DNA of 64,000 nt from Setoptus koraiensis (Eukaryota > Animalia > Arthropoda), in the NCBI GenBank assembly GCA_048013815.1, contig CM106585.1, positions 12,896,001 to 12,960,000 on the forward strand. The letters are read 5' to 3'. Positions within the stretch are counted from its first letter, which is position 1; the number at the start of each line of letters is the position of its first letter. Below are positions 50,401 to 63,248 of the stretch, piece after piece. The notes beneath the pieces are model-generated. The model made no database searches. It was not told the origin of the DNA and was given only the letters and a program-made list of their open reading frames with translations. The position numbers and the translations under genes are program-made.

Positions 50401-53400
50401 GTCTAGCCGGGGATATTACGACATTATTATGACACTGCAACGAGATACAGAGAGAGAGAGAGAGAGAAAGAGAGCAAAAACATGGCCAATCTAATCCAAT
50501 GGGGCTCTTATATAATGCAGTTTCAGGTGCATTTAACTGAGATAAATTCATCGCTGAGCATTGCAACTCAACAAAGCTCAATTTTTGAGATGACGCGCGA
50601 AAATTGTGCCATCTCAAATTGGCAAGCTTGCCAAACTTCATTAGGCTGGCTAATGTAAGCTGGCGTCGTCATAACAACCAAACAAGGTGTCCATTATCGT
50701 TGGAGTATGCATGAGTTTCATCATCGTGTGTGTGTGTGTGTGTCTAAATATAGCAAATAATTAATGTTATGTAATGATATTATTAGAGTAGCCTGAAGGT
50801 AACTCTAATAATATCATGTTGCCTTATTTAGCACACACCGAAATTGCACAAATTCTTCGTGTTCCGACTGGGCGAATCCCAAGCGTCAATGTATTCTTAC
50901 GCACTGTATTGGACTGGTCCAGCAGGCATTGCGTAAGAATACATTCGAAAATTGATCAATATGCAGATCGTTCAATGTCACTGTCGCTGCCAAGTACAGT
51001 GGCGGGCAATCTTGAGAAACAGTTCAGCTAATTTGATTAACAAAATGATCACCACAGAAATATCCCCAACAGGAGCACACAGTTTCCCAGAATTTTGGAT
51101 CAAATCAAATTGGGCAAAAGTAACTGTATGTGTGTTGCTGAAGCTTGCAAGATTGTGTTTGCAAATACAACAATCTTGCGTATGCAGCCAGTTGGGCCCC
51201 AAGAATGAGCAACGTATGGTCGTAGGCAGCATAGAATGGCCCCCGTCTGAAAGGGCCATGAATGGCACCAGATTTGTAGCCATGCTAGTGAGCTGAAAAT
51301 CAAAAATAGAATACGACGACGACGAAATAAGAATTCAACAGAAACAAGCTCACAACTGGCAGCCAACTTGCTGGTTTTTCGGTCCGAAATTTCGGGCAAC
51401 TTTAGTGACAAAACCGCCACTAAAGTTGGCCGCCAAAAACCAGCCACTAGATTTGGATCATTTGTAAGAGTGGGCAACCTTGAAAAGCGAGCCTTCCGGT
51501 CGGATAAGAGTTGACACACACATCCAGTGACAATAATGCACGTAATAATATACGTGTACACGGGCTGTAATAGGCTTATGATGGCCGGGCAAGATAATTC
51601 AATAAATGTTATTCCTAACTGTGGGCCCGCCAGTCGACAATTCGAATAAAGTCTGGCCGCGTAGAAATCAAATTTACACACAATGGAGCGCGCGCCTTTC
51701 CAAATTTGCACAACGATGATCCAGTCGACAATAACAAGAGACTTTAATACCATTACAGCACTGGCATATTATGTAATCCGGGGCATTTTATGTTTTCAAC
51801 CGGCTTTTCAATTGGGTTGGCCGGTTGAAAACTGCCACCGAAACAGAGGCCGCTTTTTCGGGGCGCTGCCTTTTCGGGAAGGCGCCTCTCCGGAAAACCG
51901 CCTTTTTCGGGGCGCTGCCTTTTCGGGAAGGCGCCTCTCCGGAAAACCGCTTTTTTGGGAAACTGCCCTTCGGAAAACCGCTTTTTCGGAAAACCGCTTT
52001 TTCGGGAAACTGCTTTTTCGGGAAACTGCTTTTTCGGGAAACTGCTTTTTTGGGCCGATCCGCTGGCTGGCTCAAACAAACTTGGCACACCAAATGGCGG
52101 CCGGACAGCAGCGCGAGTGGTGACATTATGTAACAGTGGCAGTTTTGCTGTGGTATGGACAACTACAACAGCCACAACAATGGCAACCTGTGATTGTGAC
52201 TCACAATTTGTGAGTGTCCGTTGCGCATAAAATAAAATAAAGCAGCAAAACAACGCTGCCACAGAAATAGCAGCGTCTTCAAATGAACGAACCCATTTGC
52301 CCATGGGTATCCTTGTGACAAGCATACCATCGATAGCCAAATAATGGATGATGTTACGTAACGCAGGTGATGCAATGGATATTTTATTGCACGTATACGT
52401 ATGTATATGCATACGATACGACGCACAATAAAATCACTAGCTAGCCAGTTTTACTTTTAAACAAAATATCTCGCTCGCTTGTAACTTTTCATTACACACA
52501 GTGTAGGCCAGCCATTCATTGGGCGAGCTCATATTATTTTTGCTGTTGTGTCGTGGGCCCAATTTGACAATACCATCTATTTGTGGCAGCCTTATGAGGG
52601 TGGCTGCGTGTGGGGGAGGCCGATATCGCAGCTTGCCAAAACGAGCCTCTGCCATGTGGAGCCAAAAGCAAAAATAAATCCAAATGTAAATATAAATCTC
52701 GACTATTGGGGCACGAGGCGCGTCATCGTTGCCTGTGTTTTATATTTGAAAAAGAGCACACACTTACGAGCTTGTGAGCTATTTTCCATTAGTGAGCGAG
52801 CTTCTTTTATTGTGAGTGGCTCACTGTTACCCGCAGCATATTAATAAATATCTCATACAGTCAATACTTGCTACATATATATTATTATTTCTCTTAGTGC
52901 CTCAGCGTTACGTAACAGAGAGGTATGGCACGCAACGTTGCGCAACACAGTCGTTGCGCAACGTTGCAGTTTCGTCGGCCACTTGTGATGCCTGACCTCA
53001 CCTGGCCGCCAGAGGGACAGTTGCAATCTAATATTATTCAATGATCATATTGAATATTGCGCAACAGGAGATATGTGATGTGTATTTATATCTCTATGCA
53101 TGACATGTCTATGCATTAGTCTATGCATTAGTCTATGCATTATGTCTTTGCTCGCAGCGACGACAATCGGCGATCGAAATCGATATTTAGTTTCTTTTTT
53201 GCCAGTCGTTGCCAGTGGTTGCACCACACTGGAAAAACTGGACAATCGCCGCGCCGGTCAGTGGCGTACAACGGTAACGATTTACGCTCGACCAAATTTC
53301 GGCCTACATCATGTAGACTGCATGTGGCTAGATCGCTGGCTTGTGTCTATTTGTGTTTGTGTGTGTATAAGTATATACATACACCAATGTATAAATCTAT

Positions 53401-56400
53401 CATTATGTCGCACGAAAATAATATTAAATAATAATGTTAATGTTCCCCTATGCCATCTATGCGACTCAAACAAAATCAAACATTTAGTTTGTCTACCTGG
53501 CGTCCGTGGTCGCTTGGCCGTCAGCAGTTATTGGCCAGCGAAACTGGCGATATTGTGTGCAATATGGCATTAGTCATTCCACTTTTATCCGTCATCTCTG
53601 CACAATAATTTAATGCTGCTCGTGAGGCCAACAATGAATGATTCGCGACCGGTTTGCGGCGCCCCCATGCGTGGGGGGCGCCGCTGGCAACTTTAGTCAA
53701 TTGCTTTTTTATGTTTATCTCCGCACATGTAGCAAGAATATATCCGAATAGGAAGTGCGCACAAACTCACGCTCATTCAGGTAGCTTCCACTCGCATACT
53801 CGCATACATGGCAGAGTTGTCAATTTCTCCCATCTAGACGGCCGATGATAAAGTTATCATGGCGCCTGCTGAGGGGCCTCATTAGAGCATTGCCGTGCCA
53901 AACGAATGCCAGTTGTAACAAATGCAGCGGTGCCCGTCTGATATTAATAGCACCACCATGACATTATGTCGTGCCAGTTGCGCGACAACTGGCGCTCAAT
54001 TCATATTTGGCCCCACTGACAGTGGGCCACTGTTTCAAACACTTTTCGGCTATTTGGTGCTAGCAGTCCGATTGCTAGCAGCTATCGACTTGATTCAACT
54101 TTTTTCGCACTCTCTCCCTGTTATTTTTGCTAAAAAATGGAGCGAGAGACAAGCCATTGTCGTTGTCAGCACGACTGGATATGCAGATGCATTCCCGGGC
54201 CGTATGATGGCATCGAAACTTTTATCCGGGTTCCATCCGCAGCGCGCGTGGATATTTGATTGTGGATAAAATAGGCAATTACCCAGGGATATTTGCGCTG
54301 TGAGACGCTGCATTGGCCAGAGAACGGATCTAATCGAAGTGCGCTAATTTGGTATTCAAATATTCAACCGAAAAAAAACTTGCAAAATCTGTTGACAATC
54401 GACAGCGAATGTCCACTAGTTGTCAGACAATCCGGATTGTGAATATGCGCAGTTTCCAAATTGATATCCAGTGACACTGGACCAGTGTGTCGCACCTTCC
54501 AGCATCCGGTGTGCGAGACCCACGAGACGATTTACCCGCGAACGGATTTGCCCACGAACGGCCAGTTATCCGTTCATGGGTGAATCGATGAATTAAACGA
54601 TCAAGAATGTCGCTCGCAGAAATCACAAGTTTATCTGGCCGTGATGGGGCTGTGAATAGACACGAGCGTCTCGACAATGCCGACGATCAAATTGGTGAGC
54701 TTTGGCAGTTATTGGCTCATACAAATCGCCTACAAGCTGTGCAAATGTTGAGGGTGTGCAGTAATGGTCCGACGAAAGTGTTGTCAATTGGCCAGTTTCG
54801 AAGAAATGGGCGCACACAGAACAGGCAGGCATGTTAAAAAAGGTGGCCCCAAACAGGGCTCGCTTTTTGGCTCGCTTTATCACTATTACTGTTACTTGTG
54901 AAGCGTCGGGCTAAGCGTCGGGCCCCAGCAGCACGTTTTGTAATGTGCATACACTGGACTCCAGTGACTAGAGCCGTTGAGTGGCCGAACAGGGCCATTG
55001 TTCGCTGGCAAGATCATAATCATAAAATTAATTCATCTGGCGCGACAGCGCACATAATAATGTAGCAGCTCGCCCTCACTATTGTACACCATGCTATTCT
55101 ACCGGTCTTGTGTGGCTATTCTATACTATTTCTATAGTATAGAATAGCCACACAAGACCGCTGGCCCCAACAATGGCAACCAGTGGCACTTAGAGCGGGG
55201 CCCCGCTCGTTTACTTTGGCCACTTGGGCCTGTAGGCTGACATTTGGCGTTACTTGTGACATTACTTTTGCTTTTGCGCGCCCCGTTACCGTTACCGTAC
55301 CGTTGGCTGTTTTTGCAAATGACACTTTTATGTTGCAATAGTGGGGCCCCAATATAGTAGTCTGGCAAGCTCGTTGTTGCGCAAAACTGTTGTTGTTGCC
55401 ACACTATATCGGGCCCCACTTTTGCAACACATAAAAGCGTAAACTTTTGCGCATCAACGAGCCATTGAGACTTGATGCTTTGTGTGTATAAATTGTTCCG
55501 GCTGGCCAGTGGTCAGTGGCAGCGGCATGTCACCTGTCGTTGTTTGTTGGTGGCTAAACACGCGCCAACAAGCACCGTTTATTTGGTGTGTGTGTGTGTG
55601 TGTGTCGTGTCGCCAGACAGTTTATTTTTGGCCTCATCTATTCCACTTTTCGGCAATATATTCAACTATATCCATCTTACATTGTTGACCGTTGCAATCT
55701 GGCCACACTCTTGCCAAGAGGCCCCAAGTTGGCCTCTTTGGCTGCAAATCGATTCTTGGCCAATTACTAGTTGCGACTGAATACATCGTCGTCGTCGTCC
55801 TCGTCGTACAAGCCCGATACTGGCCGGGCCGGCAACAATGGCGGCGCCACTTTCGCTTCGGGCCAAAATTCGCGCCGGCCAAAAAGCCGCAGCTTCTGCC
55901 CGCGCTCACCCGAGCGGCCCAAAGCGACACAAATGTCAACGCAAAACGCACGACAAAAGTTTTCTCTTTGTCTCTTTGTCATATATTATCGCTCTAATCG
56001 CGAGGCGCGCCCAATGTCGCTGGCCAGCCACTTGAACGTGCCTGCCCGAACAGCTGACCGGGCCGCCAATAACGCTCTAAACGGTACCCGAACAGTACCC
56101 TCAACAGTACCCTAATAGAGAACAATACCCTAAATAGAACAATACCCTAAATAGTATTACTGCAAATGATGGCGAGTGCTACTTACTTTGCCGTGGCTTG
56201 CGGCTGCAACTCTTGCGGGCCGTCGCTCTTGCTGACAACACTGTACGAGTCGCCCGGTTTCGCGGGCAACGATATGTCCACCGAGCGGCTACGATTTGAT
56301 TTGCCCGGGTACGACGCGTCCACGTCTAGGTCGTTTCGTTGGGGCACTTTGAGCAGGTAGGGCGAGTCGACGGACGCGGAGCGCGCCTGCTTATTTATGG

Positions 56401-56945
56401 GCACCTCCAATGTTATGACGGTGATGGCGTCATTGCTTGCGGTGCTATTATTATCTTGGCGGCGCTGATGTTTCTGTTGTTGCTGTTGTTGTTGTTGTCG
56501 CTGCTGCTGTTGTTGCTGCTGTTGTTGTTGTTGTTGCTGATGGTCATTTTGTTGGTGCTGCTGTTGCTGTGTCTTGTGGTCGTCGTCGACAGTGGCGCCG
56601 CCAGCGGCCGCTCCGTCGCCACCGGGGGCCCCGGTTGGCGGGCCGGCGGCCGGCTGGCAAGCGGGCGCGCCGGCTTGCCGCTCCGGCGGCGATTGCGTCG
56701 CTGTCCGTGTCATCGGCTCACCGGCGCTGTCACCGGGCGACCGCGCTTGGTGGCGCTGCTGTTGGGCCTCCGTTTCAATTGTTGACTCGGGCGTCTGACA
56801 GGCGCTATTGGGCTCGCTCACCGTGGACGTGAGTATCACGATGGGCGGCATAACAAGCTCATCATTATTGATAAGAGAAGTGGCCGCTGTCGTCGCTGTT
56901 GTCGTTGTTTCGGTCAGAGTGACACAAGTGGACAGTTGCTGTTGC

Positions 56946-56979
<34 letters not shown>

Positions 56980-59900
56980 GCTGTTGTTGTTGTTGTTGTT
57001 GCTGTTGTTGTTGGTGCCGATCGGCGGCGGTCTCGGCAGGGTCGGTCGGCGCGCAGTCGGCTATTTTTGGGGCGCTGTCTCGCTCGACATGCTGCGCGGT
57101 TCGGTCCGCGCTCGGGTGCAACACGGCCTGGCGCGAGTCGGCCCGCTCTTGCGGCTCGCTGCCCGCATCGCCCGTCGGCTGCAACGCGGGCGGACACAAT
57201 GTGAGCAGGGGCACAGGTGCCGCTGTCGCGTTCGCCGAGCCGCTCATCCCGGGCCCGGTCCCGCCGGTCCCGTCGGCCTGGCAATCGCTCAACAACAAAG
57301 TAGCGGTAGTGCCCGTCGTGGCGACGGGCACGCTGGACGCGGCCGCCGTCAGCGAGCTCGATCGGGCCTGCATGGTCGGCCTGATGGGCGCCGTTTGGCC
57401 CGCTCCGACGGCGGCGCCCGGCCCCCCAAACACTTGAGGCCCGTCCACGGACTTTCGCTGATGATGCGCCGTCATCATCATGTGATGACTTTGTGCAGTG
57501 ATGCCAAAAAACAGGGCCGTCCGCTCGCCGATGTCCGACAGACTCTGATCAAACAAACTGAACTGTTGTTGATCCGGGGCCCCCCTGCTACCTGTGCCAC
57601 TTGCACAGCTTGTCGCGCTGTCGTGATGAACGTTTAATTGGGCGCCGCCGTTGCCATTGTTGTTGGTGGCGTTATGCAAATAGCCGCCGGGCGAGCCCGC
57701 AACGCCGCCGTACGCCGCATCGTCGCCGGCGCCGCACATATCCGCCGCATAGTCGCCGGTTGCGCTGTTGTCGTCGTCGTCGCTCAGTCGCACCAAATCA
57801 ATGTCGCCCTTCTCGTTTATGGCCAAAGTGTAATGATTTGATTGTTGCTGCTGCGCTGCCGGTTGGTCACTTGAGCGGCGCTCGAGGCGCTCGAGACGCG
57901 TCAGCGAGCTCGAATCGCCCGAATCGCTCGGCTGCTCGCCGGCCTCGCCCGGCCACCCGAACGCGGCCGGCCCGGCGCTCGATTGGGCACAGAAGACAAC
58001 CTCGTCGAGAAATTGTTTGCCTTCGCGCGTCGAGCCCAGCTCAATGAGCAGCTGACAGTGGACGCAGGTGCCCACATTGGCGCCGGGAACGTTGCTGCTG
58101 CTGCTACTTGTAGTTACACTTGCAGTTTGTTGGGCTTGGCCGGCCGGCGGGTTTCCGCCGGCGCCGCCGCCGCTGCCGCCGGACAGTTGCGGCGGTGCGG
58201 CACTCGTGCCCGTGGCCGAGCTAGTGGAGCCGCCCGATTCGGAGCCGGCGCCGGCCGACGAGGCGGATCTGTGCCGGATCGATTGCGTCATCATTGTGGC
58301 CTCTTGCTGTTGTTGTTGTTTTTGCAAACTGTTGTTGAAACTGTTGTAACAGTTGCTGCTCATTTGCTTCCCTGTTGCCGGCTGGCCTAACGGGCTGCCG
58401 GCGGCCTGGGTCAGTCCGCCCAAACTGCTCGACCGGGCCCCGCAATGTTTGCCGTAACAATTGTCCACTGTCAGTCCGGCCTTTTGCGAGCCGCCGCTCG
58501 CCGGACTGGCCTGCTGCTGCTGCTGGTGCGGCTCTAGCGGGACCCGGCTGTTGGGGCTATCATTTTGGTATTGTCTTGTTGCGCTTGAATGGTCTGCACT
58601 TGCTGTCTTGCTGTTGATGTGCTGTTGTTTTTGCAGCGCGTCGCCCCTGGTAATTATATGATGCGACGACGACGACGACGACGAGTCACTTATATTCATA
58701 GTAGACGAATGATGATGCAGTTGTTGTTGTTGGTGGTGGCCCGGCCCGGTTGCGGTCCGCCAAGAGCTGTCCAAATGGTATTTATCGAGCGGATCGTCAC
58801 GGCAGGGTATCGACACGGACAGACTGTGCCCCTTGGTGACCCGATGATTGCCGGTTGTGTAGCTGGTGCTGTTGCCCAGGGGCAGTTTCAGATTGCTTCT
58901 GTTGAGCTTGCAACCGCTCAAAATACCCCCGCCCGACGTGTTTTTAGGGGCTTGTTGTTGTTGTTGTTGTTGTTGTTTGCTTGTTGTGTGTCTAAACTTG
59001 CTTTCGCTGCTGTTGTTTCGCTTTGTTTTGCGCCCAGCGCCACCGCTATTGCTTCTGTCTAGCTTGTTATTATTGGCTTGGCCGCTTGTGTCTTGCTGCT
59101 GAAACAGGTAACCTCCGCCGGGTCCCACGTACACGCCCTCGCGCGTGTAATGTCTCTCTAGCCTGTGATGATCGCCCGGGCTCGTGGTGGCACTCAAGCG
59201 ATGATTGGCCTGCTGCTGCTGCCGCTGTTGCGTAATATTAATGCTGGGGTTGCTGGCGCTTATCAGATAGGACGAGCTTAGCAGCGAGTCGCCGCCGCTG
59301 CCGGCGCACTTGTAGGCCGCACTGGTGCCCTGACTGACGGAATAACTGGGTATCAGCTGTTGTTGTTTTCGCTGCTTTTTGCTGATGGTTGCTATGGTAT
59401 CTTGCGCAACACTGACACCGACGCCGACTTGTGACGATGACGCTTGCGGTGCGCTCAATTGACGCAACTGCAAACACGTTGCTGCTGCTGCTGCTACCGC
59501 TACTTCCGGTGCACTCGGTGCAGCCCCTGCTGGCGAACGATCGCTTGCCCTGCTGCTGTAATAGTGCCTGTCACCCGCGTTGCAATAGTCAACTATCGAG
59601 TAGCTGTCGCGGGTTGCGCAAGCGGATCTGGTGGTGTCAGTGCGCAGCAATACGCTACTACTACTACTATTTCCATTAGGGGCGCCACTGGCGGCGCCAC
59701 TTCCGGTGAACGTGGTGCTAATTAGGTCGTTGAATGAGCCAAAAATAGTCAACAGCGACGAGCTGTGCTGTCTGAGTGTTGAGGGCGCCGCTATGCTACT
59801 CGTATGCGTCGTCTGCTGCTTGCTTGTCTTGTGTTTCGCTTGCTGCTTGTGGTGGCGCTTGTCTGCCGCGGCTATCCGCTCCAATCTATTACTATATGAT

Positions 59901-62900
59901 TTTGTGGTTGCGGTTGTTGCGGTTGTTGCCGGTTGTGCCGCTGCCGCTGCTGCTGTTGTTGCTGTTGTTGTTGTTGCGAGTGGTTGGGCCTCTGCTGCTG
60001 CCGCTGTGGACACGCACAATGACAGCGATCTCGACGCGGCCAGATAATTTGACAGGTCGCCCTGCTGATGCTGTCCAATGTCGGCTGAGCCGGCCACCGA
60101 GCTGCACCGATAGAAGGCGCCCGGCGAATCGCGCCCAATGTCCAGATACTGTCTGCACTGTCGTGATACGTGGCACGTGCTGCCCGTGCCGCTGCCGCCG
60201 AGGCGCTGTTGTCGCGAATAGTGGTCAGATTGGTTTGTGGTGGTTAAAAAGCCCGTGCTGGTGCTAACAGTGAGTTTTTTCTTTTTGTTGCTCACTGTTG
60301 TTTGTAATTGTTGTTGTTGCTGTTGTTGTTGCTGTCGTTGATGTTCTGTTGTTGTTGTTGTTGTAGACAATGAACAAGCCGCGGGCAATGTCACCTCGGA
60401 ACTGCTGCTCGCCAGCTGATTGTAGAGGCCCCTGCAATCGGCTGGCGACTGGCCGCCTGTGCGGTGTCGGGTGTCTATGGATTTAGCGCGGATATACGGC
60501 ACAGTTGTGGTAGAGATGAGCGGTAACTGCGATTGTTGCAAATGCAATTGCGGGTGCGGGTGCGGATGCGCCTGTGTCGGGCTACTGGGCCGGCTCGGGC
60601 TGTTGGCGCAGCTATTCTGTGAGCCGCGCCAACTATTGAGCGACAGAAGCGATTTGCTGGAAAACAACAAACTGCTGCCCAACGCTCTCAATTTGTGGCG
60701 TGCCTTGGCGTTCTTAGACAATTGTTTTCTGTCTGTCTGCTGTAAATTGCTGTCTGGCTTGCTAACTTGCTGCACTGTTGATTTGCTGCACTCATTTGTT
60801 GGCGATGATCTGTCGTCTGATTGCTTGCTGGGCGCCGTTGCGCAATCCGGGTTCCATTGTGGCGCTTGCGGTTGCGGGTGCGGCTGCGGCTGTGTCGGGC
60901 TACTGGGCCGGCTCGGGCTGGCGCAAATTGAAACACTTGCCTGATTGCCGCTGTACAGTGTTTGCTGCTGACTCGATGATGCTCGCTCGCTTGCCGATTG
61001 ATTCTGGGGCTCGCCAATGGTCGCTTTGTTGTCCGCCTCTGACACTGTCGGCCTGTCACCGCAACCAGGGGCGCTGCGAGCGCTGCACAATTCTCTGGCA
61101 AGACCGCACTCGCTGCTACTGCTGCTGCTGCTGTCGTTGCGGCTGCTATCGCTGATGCTGCCACGGCCGCTTATGCAATCGACTGGCACACTTTTGCTGC
61201 TATCGCCGGCTACAAATGGGTACCAATTGCCGCCGCCGTCGGGACCCGCTGGCTGCTCGGCGGTGTCGTGCGCAGTTATTGTTGCAGCAGTGTGCCAGTG
61301 CCCGCCACTGCTGCTCGGCTCGTGCGCTACTTTGTGCAAATTGCCTTCCCTCATTGCGTGTGCCTGCGCACTTTTCAACTCGTCACCTTTGACCACTTCA
61401 AAGTGACGCAATGTGCGCATATCGCACCCACCACCATTAACAACAATTGCAGTTGCGTCATTGTTGTTATTATTATCATCATCATCATCTTCGTCATCGT
61501 TGTTAGTTACGTCACTGAAGTTGTCTACTGTATTGTCTAATACAATGATATTTGTGGTTAACGGTTGCGAATGCACCCGCTGACACACCCCTTTGCCACT
61601 AGAACCATGCGCTATGTGCGCACAACTTTTTAGCGGCAGCAGCAGCTCCTGTGCAGCGGCCGCCACCGCCGTTACAGTAGCGGACTGTGCCGCGCCGCTG
61701 CTCACTGTGCGCGTTAGCGGATCCCGCTGCTGCTGGGCAGTGCGGCAAAATGTGGCGAGCTGTGCAACTGTTAGCGGCTCGCCACTATATCGGCTTGCCA
61801 CTGGCCGCTGCTCATCCGACAATCGCCTGTCCGACAATGTCCCGTCAGCTGACTCGTCAGCGCCACCAGCGGCCCCCACGGGCTCACCGGTAGCGACAGG
61901 TGAGGTGATTGTGCAAGCGTCACTTGTTGTCGGCACCGATGACCGGTGAAGGTGGCTCGCTGATTCGCCGGCAAGCTCGCCCTCTGGCGAGTGTAATTCG
62001 CATTGTTCGCAACTAGTTGGCGTTGCTGTCGCTGCTGCAATTGCTGTGGTTGCTGTTGTTGCTGTTGTTTGCCGCGCCGAGGTGTCGGCGTCGCCGGTGG
62101 TGCCGCGGTCCTGGCTTGCGCCATCGCTACGCCGCTCGTCTCGATTTGCGTTGGTCTCGGCGCTGTGGGCGCTCTCTATCGGCGATGCGACACACCCAAT
62201 TTGAGCATTGTTGTCAGTGACACTGCAGCCCGATTGTATTCCCGAAATCGTGTCACTATTAATCCCCCCATCTGAGCAATTTATGTCTGATTGGTGGTGG
62301 GTGGCAAATACGTCACTCGCCACCGAACACTCGGCTGTGGTGGCCGAATTAAAAACGGCAACAAATCCGCTTTCATGATGCAATGCCGATGCAGACCCGA
62401 CAGGCTCATCATGTTTGTGTCGTAACGGTTGGCCGCTTTGACCACTAGCTGGCGCTTGGTCATAATGGCCAACAACAGTGGCTCGAGATACTCTGTTGCT
62501 CGCCAGTGGCAACTTTGTTTCTGTTGCCACTGCGGGCCCCTCGTCGCTTTCGCCGATAATCCCGGCGCCATTGTGGCGCAATTGTTGTTGCTGCTGTTGT
62601 CGTTGTTGTTGGTCCGGTTGGCCGCTGGTGTCGCAAATGACGTCATCGTGATCATTAATAATGTTGTCATTGTTAGCGGTGCCAATTGTTTTAGCACTTT
62701 CGCTCTTTGTCGCGCTCGGGCCACAATCGATGGGACCACAATCAATGGGGCCACAATCAATGGGGCCACAACGGTGATCGGGCGCATAGTGGCGGCGACA
62801 CTTGGAGCAGCAGGCATAAATGGTGGCCGCGCACAATTGACAGCTCCACAAGCATCGCAACTGGTCATTTGCCGCCGCTGTCTCGCCATCAACTGTCACC

Positions 62901-63124
62901 AACTCGCTGTTGCCCGCTCTGCAGCTAGATGGCGCCGATTGATTGCTACTGTGATGCATGCCATTATCATTATTGGTCAGCTCGTTGCCGGTGGTGCCAG
63001 CTATCGGCCCTCGGACGGGCCTAGAATGGTGACACTCGCAATGACAACAGGCACACCAACAGCGGCAACAATCGCACGCCGATTGTCTGCTGTTTGGTGC
63101 GATATTGCCAATGTTGTTGCTGTT

Positions 63125-63193
<69 letters not shown>

Positions 63194-63201
63194 GCTGTTG
63201 T

Positions 63202-63248
<47 letters not shown>

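Larger units (their letters stand above)
33468..56186 (-). other. Large phase-2 intron of the DGK gene (22,719 bp)
   Basis: GTAAGT donor at 56186 and atacag acceptor at 33468. It contains no long or recognisable ORF. It hosts a tRNA, repeats and motif clusters. Confidence 0.75.

Noticed and set aside
51683-52412. ORFs of 91-219 aa with FPKK/FSG/RKTA repeats
   Set aside because: They are translations of the 16-bp minisatellite.
62790-62860. WSCQLC...CSKC resembling a RanBP2-type zinc finger
   Set aside because: The spacing between the Cys pairs is too short and the conserved Asn is missing.
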